DNA of 64,000 bases from Candidatus Hodarchaeota archaeon (GTDB lineage: Archaea; Asgardarchaeota; Heimdallarchaeia; Hodarchaeales; Hodarchaeaceae). Location: positions 64,001 to 128,000 of the forward strand of contig JAEOTC010000038.1 in NCBI GenBank assembly GCA_016840035.1. Direction: 5' to 3'. Made by a program: the position numbers and the translations under genes. This document shows positions 27,484 through 35,475 of the stretch, piece after piece. How positions within the stretch are numbered: the first letter of the stretch is position 1; the number at the start of each line of letters is the position of its first letter. The notes under the pieces are model-generated. The model made no database searches and was not told the DNA's origin. It was given only the letters and a program-made list of their open reading frames with translations.

Positions 27484-28911
27484 TCAAATGATTCTAAAAG
27501 CATCCACTAGAGTACAACGTCTTTGACGTGTAAAAGTTCTTGCTGAGGTAAGTCCTTCTCCCGTTGGTCCTGCAATTGTCATAGTAGTATAGCCTTCCCC
27601 TCCGAATCCAATCCCAGCAAAGGAGGGGGCATTTTTGACAAAAATTGTAGTTTCGATATCTTTTGCCACAAGACTCATATTTCCAACTGAATCGCTCCAC
27701 ATCATTGCTGTGTGTTTGAATCCATGTTCAGCCTTCTTTGCTTTTTGCAAAGCTTCTTCTATTGATTTCACTCTAACTATTGGTAAGACTGGCATCAACA
27801 TTTCAGATATTACGAAGGGATGTTCATCATCAGGCACCTCTGCAATTATCAACCGGATATTGTCACTAACCTGCACTCCGATTCCCTCAAGAAGTATTTT
27901 GGCATCTTTTCCGATGAAGTCCCTGTTTACTATGGGAAATCTCCCTTTCTTTCCTTTGAAAACGAGATTAGTCAGTTGGACTATCTGATCTCCAACAATT
28001 TCATATGCACCATAATTCTTCATTTCTGCTTTTAATCGATCAGTGATGACATCAAATGCGAATACTTCTTTTTCTACAATACATACAATATTATTATCAA
28101 AACTTGCGCCTTCTACTATTCCTCGGGCTGCTTTTTGAATATTTGCAGTATCATCAACTATTACAGGAGGATTTCCTGGTCCTGCACATATCGCTTTTTT
28201 TCCAGATTGCATTGCAGCTTTTACTACTGCACTTCCTCCTGTTACAACTAGACACCGAATCTTTTTGTGTGTCATTAAAGTCTGGGCTGACTCAATCGTA
28301 GGGGATATGGTTGATGTAAGAACATTTTCTGGTCCCCCCGCTTCGAGAATTGCCCTATTCAATAATCTCACAGCTTCATTACTTGCTCTTTTAGCTGATG
28401 GATGAGGATTAAATACTACGCTATTTCCTGCCGTAACCATTGATATTCCATTGTTAATTATCGTTGCTGTTGGGTTTGTTGAAGGAGTAATTGACCCAAT
28501 TACGCCATAAGGAGCCATTTCAACAAGTGTTAATCCTTTATCACCCGTCCATGTATTTGGTACCAGATCTTCTAAGCCTGGAGTTTTTCGAGCACAGAGC
28601 AAATTCTTTGCTACTTTATCCTCTAATCTCCCTAGACCAGTTTCTTGGATTGCTAATTCAGCTAGATATCGTGCATGTTTAATAGCGGAGTCACGCATCG
28701 ATTGTATGATTTCTTTTCTTCTCTCCAAAGATAAATCCATTAGTGCTACTTGACTCTTTTCCGCAGCCTCTATTGCCTGTTCAATGTCCTGGAATATTCC
28801 TCCACCTGCACTAGTGGGAATATTCTCCAATCCTGAATAGACTTGATAAGCTCTTATTTTCTGTACAACAGAATTGACGATTTTTGCAATTTGTTGTTCG
28901 TCATATGACAT
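27484..28911 (-). CDS. CoA-acylating aldehyde dehydrogenase (EutE/PduP family) with N-terminal encapsulation peptide
   Basis: PYGVIGSITPSTNP, VTGGSAVV, AGPGNPPVIVD, FDNNIVCIVEK, EMLMP, GEGLTSARTFTRQRRC. Confidence 0.95.
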   Translation of the reverse strand: MSYDEQQIAKIVNSVVQKIRAYQVYSGLENIPTSAGGGIFQDIEQAIEAAEKSQVALMDLSLERRKEIIQSMRDSAIKHARYLAELAIQETGLGRLEDKVAKNLLCARKTPGLEDLVPNTWTGDKGLTLVEMAPYGVIGSITPSTNPTATIINNGISMVTAGNSVVFNPHPSAKRASNEAVRLLNRAILEAGGPENVLTSTISPTIESAQTLMTHKKIRCLVVTGGSAVVKAAMQSGKKAICAGPGNPPVIVDDTANIQKAARGIVEGASFDNNIVCIVEKEVFAFDVITDRLKAEMKNYGAYEIVGDQIVQLTNLVFKGKKGRFPIVNRDFIGKDAKILLEGIGVQVSDNIRLIIAEVPDDEHPFVISEMLMPVLPIVRVKSIEEALQKAKKAEHGFKHTAMMWSDSVGNMSLVAKDIETTIFVKNAPSFAGIGFGGEGYTTMTIAGPTGEGLTSARTFTRQRRCTLVDAFRII

Positions 28912-28958
28912 TTATCTACCTTCGTTTCGTTTTTTATTTTCTTACATAAAGGGAAATC

Positions 28959-29249
28959 TTATTTTCGATAAGTTTCTTTTCCATTTATTTGGATAAAATC
29001 TATGATAGCTTGGATCGTTGCATCTGTGGGTTTATCCTTGGTCATTGCAGTTAAACGAGATGAACTTCCAGTAACAACTAGTACTAATTCGTTCTCTCCC
29101 GCACCAACTGCATCAATTGCCACGAAAGGAGAACTCTCTGGTTTTAAATCAGTCATATCCACTGGTTGTACTATCATTAATTTAAAGCCTTTAATACTGG
29201 CATCCTTCTCGGTACTTACTACATTTCCTATTACTTTACACACTTTCAT
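28959..29249 (-). CDS. BMC shell pentamer (BMC-P, EutN/CcmL family)
   Basis: KVIGNVVSTEK, VAIDAVGAGENELVLVVTGSSSR, PTDATIQAIID. Confidence 0.96.
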   Translation of the reverse strand: MKVCKVIGNVVSTEKDASIKGFKLMIVQPVDMTDLKPESSPFVAIDAVGAGENELVLVVTGSSSRLTAMTKDKPTDATIQAIIDFIQINGKETYRK

Positions 29250-29260
29250 GTAAATATCTC

Positions 29261-29980
29261 CTAAATCTTAATTATCTTTATATCAAGCATTTTAGCTTTT
29301 TCTTGTGCTAAGGGGGTAATAATAGTTGAATGGGGTACAAATATTTCGTGAATTTTACCTTTTAATCCCTCTAAATAATCCTCGGTAATTAAATCTGGTA
29401 TAGCTGGAGTATGTTTGACAAATTGATCTTCTAAGTCCTCTATGTCAACAAGTCTGAATCCCATTTCGATTAAAGTAGATAAATATCGACTCAGATTATT
29501 AGTTAACATACCCGATGGGCCATAGTCAAATGTTAAATCTGTGGGAGGAAAAGGTGTTACAATATAAACAGGAATTTTAAATAACAACCCTTGAAGTAAT
29601 AAATTAACAGTTGAATTGGAATCTTCAAATTTTGTTATTTTTTTTGCTATTTCAAAACTAAAGGCACCAAACATAATTGATTTAAGATTACTGTAAAAAT
29701 TTAGGCAAAAATCTCCAAAAGGATTAACTAAAACGTCCATTGTGGGAATTGAACCTGCTTTTGTGGTTATTTTCTTAGCCTGGTCAATTTCATCCTTTGT
29801 CCAGATCAGGACTTGCATTTTTTGTTCGGCTAATCTAATTAGGGATTGTAATAATTCATCCAATCCTTGTCCCATATGGGTTAAGACACCTAGGACATCG
29901 TAAGGACCTAGGTTATGCTCATTCTTGAGAACACTCTTAACTTGCTGTGTAACGAGTAATTCGAGCTCTTTCTCATTCAT
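29261..29980 (-). CDS. BMC accessory flavoprotein-like protein with N-terminal encapsulation peptide
   Basis: MNEKELELLVTQQVKSVL; C-terminal LITEDYL...IITPLAQEKAKMLDIKI module seen in BMC accessory proteins. Confidence 0.7.
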   Translation of the reverse strand: MNEKELELLVTQQVKSVLKNEHNLGPYDVLGVLTHMGQGLDELLQSLIRLAEQKMQVLIWTKDEIDQAKKITTKAGSIPTMDVLVNPFGDFCLNFYSNLKSIMFGAFSFEIAKKITKFEDSNSTVNLLLQGLLFKIPVYIVTPFPPTDLTFDYGPSGMLTNNLSRYLSTLIEMGFRLVDIEDLEDQFVKHTPAIPDLITEDYLEGLKGKIHEIFVPHSTIITPLAQEKAKMLDIKIIKI

Positions 29981-29995
29981 GATGCTTCACTCTTG

Positions 29996-30316
29996 TTAAT
30001 CTCTTCCAGGATCCTCTTCTACGCTTGAAGTTCGACTTCTGACTTTCTCAATAAGATCAACCGTCACCTGATCAGGTCTTGGAATTACATTAGTTAATAA
30101 ACCACAGGAGATCTGACGTAGTTGGACTTTTGCTGCTTCAATTGCTTCACGGACAGCAGCGACCTCTCCCTCAATTATCACAATAACCAATCCCCCTGAA
30201 ACACGTTTTAAGGAAATAAGGCTCACATCTGCGGTTTTCATGGCCGTATCTGTTGCCACAATGGCTCCTATCCGACCGCATGTCTCCATAAATCCTAAAG
30301 CTTTCATTAAAATCAC
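29996..30316 (-). CDS. Second, divergent BMC shell hexamer (BMC-H)
   Basis: KALGFMETCG, ATDTAMKTADV, IEGEVAAVREAIEAA, NVIPRP; overlaps the upstream stop by 4 nt (alternative ATG at 30307). Confidence 0.93.
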   Translation of the reverse strand: MILMKALGFMETCGRIGAIVATDTAMKTADVSLISLKRVSGGLVIVIIEGEVAAVREAIEAAKVQLRQISCGLLTNVIPRPDQVTVDLIEKVRSRTSSVEEDPGRD

Positions 30317-32169
30317 CTGAACGGAGAATAAGATCCTTCTTTTAAATCCAAAATCAGACTCCCCATTTCTCCCGTATTCAGTGCAAGAGCATTACCCTCG
30401 TCAAGGTCTAAATGGAGCTCCAAATTATAATCCGGGTGAATTCTAACCATGATCTCGTCTAGGATTCCAGCTCGGGTTCCAGGAAATTGAACAGCAACTA
30501 TCTGTCGATCTGACACATTTAACCTTTGCGCATCTTTTGGTGACATGTGGATGTGTCGCGCTGCGAAAATGACTCCCTTATCCAAAGTGATAGCTCCCTT
30601 TGGACCAATTATGTGTACTCCTGGAGTATCTCTTAAATCTCCTGATTGACGTGTTGGTGGATTAATACCTAATACATAACCGTCACTCCGAGATATTTCA
30701 ACTTGAGTTTCGTCTCTGAAGGGGCCAAGAATACGAACTCCATAGATGGCTCTTTTGGGGCCGATTAGATCAACAACTTCTTTGCATGCATACTGTTTTG
30801 GTTGAGTTAAGGAATTAAGGGGAGTTAAAACTGCTTTTTCTCCAAATAATTTGTGAAAATCGGCTTTTGAAAGGTGGATGTGACGTGCAGATAAGGATAC
30901 TGGAATTAAATGATCATCGAATACTTTAGTCAGCTCATCGGTGACTAATCTCTTCACTAGTTCTCCAGCTGCTGACTGTGTACTTCGTTGTGAAATGGGT
31001 TGATATTCACAACCTAATGGACCGCAATATCTTCCTACATATTCAGCAGAGGGTCTATAAATCACTGGTTTGACGGTAGGAGTTTCGGGATACTTCTCTT
31101 CTAAAACATGAGCAGTCCAACCAGCGACTCTCGATGTAGTAAAAATCGGTGTAAAGAGTTCAACTGGGATATTTAAGCTTGTATATACCGTGGCACCATA
31201 TAGATCCACATTAGGATATATTCCACGATTTTTTCGCTTCTTAAATTCTTTTTGAGTAATCTCAACCAACTTATTGGTAGTTTCATACATCCATTGAGCT
31301 AATCCACCCTTCCTTCTCACAAGATCTGCAGCCATTTCCTTCAATATTTTGGCTCTCGGATCTGTAGTTTTATATACGGCATGTCCCATCCCCATAATTC
31401 GTTTACCTTCATTAAATCGATTTTTGACCCATTCCTCAGCACTTGAGACTTTCTTAATCTCCATTAAGCTTTCATAAACTAAATGATTAGCTCCCCCATG
31501 ATACATCCCTGATAAAGAACCAATGGCACCAGAAATAGATGCATATAGATCCGCTCCAGTAGATGCAATGACCCGAGCTGTGAATGTGGAAGCATTGAAA
31601 GAGTGTTCTGCATGTAGAATTAGTGTGACATCAAAGATCCTTGCTTCTTCATCAGTTGGGATACTCCCATGAAGCATGTAGAGGAAATTTGATGCATATT
31701 TTAGATTCTTATTTGGAGCGATTGGTTCTTTATTGCTACGAATTCTCTCCCATGCGGTCACAATAATAGGAAGCCGAGCTATTATTCTAATTGCAATATT
31801 TCGATCGGATTCTCTTTTTCCAGTCCCGATCTCGTTGTTGTATCCTGCTAGTAAAGCTAATGAAGATTGGAGTACACTCATAGAAGGGGTATTCTTTGAG
31901 GTTTTCTGTAAATGTGAGATTAATTGTGGTGGTAAATCCTGATTTGAAATTATTGCGTTCTTAAAACTCTCCAATTGATCAAAAGAGGGGAGGTTTCCGT
32001 ACAGAAGTAAGTAAACTACCTCTTCGTAGGTTGAATTTCTTGCTAACTCATTAATGTCATAACCTCGGATAAATAGATTGCCTTTTTCACCTTCTATAAG
32101 ACAAATATTTGTATCCGCAACCTCAACACCGCGAAGTCCTGTTGATTTGTGGCTATGTTCTTCAATCAT
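30313..32169 (-). CDS. Citrate synthase fused to PduL phosphotransacylase
   Basis: aa ~10-380: GLRGV, LHAEHSFNASTF, HGGAN, GMGHAVYKTTDPR, PNVD, SRVAGW. aa ~422-605: SARHIHLS, LTQPKQYA, RILGPFRDETQVEIS, RQSGDL..TPG, ARHIHMSP, ELHLDLDEGNA. Confidence 0.93.
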   Translation of the reverse strand: MIEEHSHKSTGLRGVEVADTNICLIEGEKGNLFIRGYDINELARNSTYEEVVYLLLYGNLPSFDQLESFKNAIISNQDLPPQLISHLQKTSKNTPSMSVLQSSLALLAGYNNEIGTGKRESDRNIAIRIIARLPIIVTAWERIRSNKEPIAPNKNLKYASNFLYMLHGSIPTDEEARIFDVTLILHAEHSFNASTFTARVIASTGADLYASISGAIGSLSGMYHGGANHLVYESLMEIKKVSSAEEWVKNRFNEGKRIMGMGHAVYKTTDPRAKILKEMAADLVRRKGGLAQWMYETTNKLVEITQKEFKKRKNRGIYPNVDLYGATVYTSLNIPVELFTPIFTTSRVAGWTAHVLEEKYPETPTVKPVIYRPSAEYVGRYCGPLGCEYQPISQRSTQSAAGELVKRLVTDELTKVFDDHLIPVSLSARHIHLSKADFHKLFGEKAVLTPLNSLTQPKQYACKEVVDLIGPKRAIYGVRILGPFRDETQVEISRSDGYVLGINPPTRQSGDLRDTPGVHIIGPKGAITLDKGVIFAARHIHMSPKDAQRLNVSDRQIVAVQFPGTRAGILDEIMVRIHPDYNLELHLDLDEGNALALNTGEMGSLILDLKEGSYSPFR

Positions 32170-32402
32170 TGGTAGGCCTTTTTATTTCAAGTAAGATTTC
32201 GGTATCAAAAGGTGAAACTTCCTTCCCTTAAAAATCGCTCTTTCAAACGTCTGACGATTCAAAATGGTAATTTCTTCCCAAACTTACTGAATGTTAATCT
32301 GGTTAATATGAGAGAGTTATTTTGTATTATAGATAACCAATAACACTATATAATAGATAGTAGCTTTTATTAGAAGACTATTCTCTTTGGAGGTTATTAT
32401 CT

Positions 32403-33350
32403 GTGATGATTAGAGGCTTTTCAAAATATACTTCTTTTACTTGTTCGGATTGTCACATGAAATGCTGTGCGACCGAGTTCAATCTTCCAATAAGTGGGTT
32501 AGAAAAAGAATATCTTACCCAAAATTTTCCAGAATATCGACATTACTTACAATCTACAGAAAAAGGATCTTTTATACTCCGAGGAAACTCATGTCCTTTC
32601 TTGACAACCGCTGGATTGTGCCAACTGCATGCTAAATCAATAAAACCTCTTACATGTAGAATTTACCCCTTAATTTTCTGGCGATTCAACCAAAAAGATA
32701 CTTTAGTTTCTATACATCCCTGTCGGGGACATGGATTTCAATGGTATTCTAGAAAGAAATCATCTGTTGGTAATAGCTTTATCAATCAGCTATTATCTGC
32801 TAGTAAGGAGTATTATGACACTTATTGGGGGGAAGAAATCGATGCAAACAATCCTTATGAGGGAATTTCTCAAGCAAGAATTAAAGACCAACTCGAAGCT
32901 TATCGTCATACTTCAAAGGATAAATTGCTAGTAACCAACTTGAAAAACCCTGATTTATCCTCACGAATTCCATTTTCTCAGGCGTTTCAGGAGAAGGCTT
33001 TAGAGATCATCGATGGAGGGAGCATTGGAAATTTTTTAAATTCTGTTTTCAACTGGTTAATTTGGAGTCCAGTAGGCTTGCACTTATCAATAAAAAATGC
33101 TCAAACGCTTTTTACTACCGCTGCATTATGGTTAATTGACCAAACTGAGGTAAATTCGAACATACTTTCCTCTATTCCTCCTGAATCACAGTATTATGAG
33201 CAAACATCCTCGTTCTATGCGAGTTCCTTAACTCCTTCTTTCTGGGAAAATATCCTCGCTCAGAAAACCCTCCCCACTCTAAGTACCTTTGCAGAGAAAG
33301 TCCGCTTAATTCTCATGGGAGAACTTCCACAAGATGATTTACTTAAATGA
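32403..33350 (+). CDS. YkgJ-family Cys-cluster (CxxCxxCC) protein
   Basis: FTCSDCHMKCC, CPFL...CQLH...KPLTCRIYP. Confidence 0.8.
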   Translation: MMIRGFSKYTSFTCSDCHMKCCATEFNLPISGLEKEYLTQNFPEYRHYLQSTEKGSFILRGNSCPFLTTAGLCQLHAKSIKPLTCRIYPLIFWRFNQKDTLVSIHPCRGHGFQWYSRKKSSVGNSFINQLLSASKEYYDTYWGEEIDANNPYEGISQARIKDQLEAYRHTSKDKLLVTNLKNPDLSSRIPFSQAFQEKALEIIDGGSIGNFLNSVFNWLIWSPVGLHLSIKNAQTLFTTAALWLIDQTEVNSNILSSIPPESQYYEQTSSFYASSLTPSFWENILAQKTLPTLSTFAEKVRLILMGELPQDDLLK

Positions 33351-33450
33351 AATCGTTCTTTTTGAAAAACGTGAACTTGTAGGTAAACTGTTAAGAAGGA
33401 ATCAGAAAAGACTATAGAATGACGAAGAGTCGCTATACGAGTGATTTATT

Positions 33451-33633
33451 ATGGCAGGAAGTCACGGAAGCCTTACAAAAGCTGGGAAAGTTCGAAATCA
33501 AACTCCTAAAGTTGAAGGACGTAAAAGAAAAGGATTAACACCTATCTTACGCAACAAAAAGAATTATATTAAGAGAATTGTTAAAGAGATGCCGGTAGGT
33601 CAACCTGAATATCGTCAAGAACGTCGAAGGTAA
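33451..33633 (+). CDS. rps30e: Ribosomal protein S30e
   Basis: SHGSLTKAGKVRNQTPKV signature. Confidence 0.96.
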   Translation: MAGSHGSLTKAGKVRNQTPKVEGRKRKGLTPILRNKKNYIKRIVKEMPVGQPEYRQERRR

Positions 33634-33710
33634 ATTTACCGATTTTTACTTTTAAAATTAACCTTTGAATTAAATTTCTTTTTGCTTCTAAATATCTACT
33701 ATTTTTTAAC

Positions 33711-34232
33711 CTATTTTATTGCTTTCACTACCCCATATTTTCCTCGAGAGTAGGTTAACATTCCTTTATAACCCTCTAATCTCCATTGATTATCTATATG
33801 CAATGCCACAATTCGTGAAAGGAATAAATCGTGTGTCCCAAGGGGAATAATCTGTTCTACCTTGCATTCCATACTCACTGGGCATTCTTTAATCGAGGGA
33901 ATATTAACCATTTTACTTTCTTCTCTGGTGAAATTACACTCCGACCATTTATCTATGTCTCTTCCAGACTGTGTTCCACAAATTTCAACTTGTTTAAGTA
34001 TTGTTTCTGTTGGAAAGTTAATTACAAATTCCTTGGTTTCTTTTATTAGAGAGTATGTGTACCTTCCAGGTCTCACTCCAATGGAAACAATGGGAGGATC
34101 AGAACAACATGTGCCAGCCCATGAAAGTGTAATAATGGATTCTTTTGTACCTTGTTTCGCTGATACTAATATAACTGGATTAGGATAAAAGAAAGTACTA
34201 ATTTTAACTTCATTTTTCATAATGAAACTCAT
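33711..34232 (-). CDS. Flavin reductase-like FMN-binding protein
   Basis: YPNPVILVS, EFVINFP, CGTQSGRDIDK, IKECPVSMEC, GTHDLF. Confidence 0.9.
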   Translation of the reverse strand: MSFIMKNEVKISTFFYPNPVILVSAKQGTKESIITLSWAGTCCSDPPIVSIGVRPGRYTYSLIKETKEFVINFPTETILKQVEICGTQSGRDIDKWSECNFTREESKMVNIPSIKECPVSMECKVEQIIPLGTHDLFLSRIVALHIDNQWRLEGYKGMLTYSRGKYGVVKAIK

Positions 34233-34367
34233 CCAATGTCGAGAGGTTTCTATTTTGTTACCTTTAGAATGGATAATTTTACGATAATAAAGGAAGTAAA
34301 AAAGGCCTTGGTATATAAATCCCTTCCCAAATTAATAATGTTTCATGCCTCAGGTTGAGAAAACCAG

Positions 34368-34658
34368 CTATCTTTTAATATGATTTCCGCACCTTTCACA
34401 AAATCGTGATTCGGGAGATAATTGAGCTCCGCACTGAGTACAGAAACGAATTTGTTTCATTTTTGGTTTTAAATCACTTTTTGGATCCTTTTTTTTCGCA
34501 TAATCCGCCCAAGCTGATTTATGAGGATCTAATCCCTTTTCCTCAGCATATTTAAACCATACAGACTTTTCTGTTCTCTTTTTTTTCAATTGCGCACCCC
34601 TGGCTGCCACTAGCAATGTTACTCCTTTAGTTAGGAATTCGATTGAATTATGCCTCAA
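34368..34658 (-). CDS. Small protein with C-terminal zinc ribbon
   Basis: FCTQCGAQL...FCERCG; start uncertain. Confidence 0.6.
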   Translation of the reverse strand: MRHNSIEFLTKGVTLLVAARGAQLKKKRTEKSVWFKYAEEKGLDPHKSAWADYAKKKDPKSDLKPKMKQIRFCTQCGAQLSPESRFCERCGNHIKR

Positions 34659-34854
34659 GGACTAAAAAAGGGTTATCATTACGGAATTCATACACTATTT
34701 TCTCGTAGGAATTCCACCTTTGCACAACTAAGACTTGAACAGGTGGAATTGCCCTTTATAGCGGATTATAAAGAATTTAACTCCTTCTATTCACGTATTT
34801 CCTCCCAAAAACAGCAAAGATTTCTTAAAGACAGTTTCAAGGATAAAAATAGAG

Positions 34855-34952
34855 TGGTAGCGGCTGGAGGATTTGAACCATCCGATCTCGGGGTATCGCA
34901 AGAATTCCATCTTTATGAGCCCCGCGGGATAACCTAGCTACCCTAAGCCGCT
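34855..34952 (-). tRNA. Initiator tRNA-Met(CAT) with a 19-nt intron at 37/38 (34895-34913); CCA encoded
   Basis: Acceptor AGCGGCT/AGCCGCT (A1-U72), anticodon stem CGGGG/CCCCG, loop CTCATA|A, TTCAAAT T-loop. Confidence 0.92.
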
Positions 34953-35475
34953 AGTCCAATCAGATAAGGAGACTTCCACATATGCAGGGAGAAGGATGTT
35001 TCTTTCTTTAGATGTTCAATACAAGCATCTCCAAGCAAAAGGAAAATACTAACAGATTCAATTTAACTTTTTCTAATAAAATATCCATCTACTATTCTAT
35101 CCATTTTTTATAGTTAATAATCGAACTAGTTCCTATTCTTGATTTTTATCTTCAAATCTGAATTGGTTTAATCATTGTTGCATCTAGATATTCAGGTACA
35201 TTTTTCAACATTCATGACTAATCTTCATAGGCAATCTTGAATATAGGAATAGAATTTTACTGGATTAAAGCTTTCAATAATACTCATAGTAATTATGGAT
35301 GAATCTTATGCTAAAAAGTATATATTATTCCTTTAGTAGCATGATCGATAAATCTTACAAGAATTTAGAAAGAAAGATGGACACTGAAAGAAACTGATAG
35401 AAAAAGTAAAGGAAGGATTAAATCATATTTTCTGTCTCAAACCCTCTAATTTATATTGAAAATAATCACCCGATT

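Larger units (their letters stand above)
21230..32169 (-). other. Microcompartment (metabolosome) operon, sugar-phosphate-utilisation type, 12 genes
   Basis: Co-oriented genes with overlaps or gaps of about 70 nt or less; complete shell set (H, T, P) plus DeoC, RpiB, AldDH, PduL, AckA, PduS. Confidence 0.93.

Noticed and set aside
21660-31942. Many short plus-strand ORFs in the BMC operon (e.g. 22690-23076, 24597-25055, 27635-27988)
   Set aside because: Antisense shadows of well-supported minus-strand genes
21230-32169. Reading the locus as a Pdu/Eut/GRM compartment, a carboxysome or a mobile island
   Set aside because: No diol dehydratase, ethanolamine ammonia-lyase, glycyl-radical enzyme or RuBisCO; no integrase, transposase or terminal repeats seen. 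Mis-assembly cannot be excluded without reads
34650-34937. 95-aa plus-strand ORF
   Set aside because: Runs antisense through the tRNA-Met gene; no protein motif
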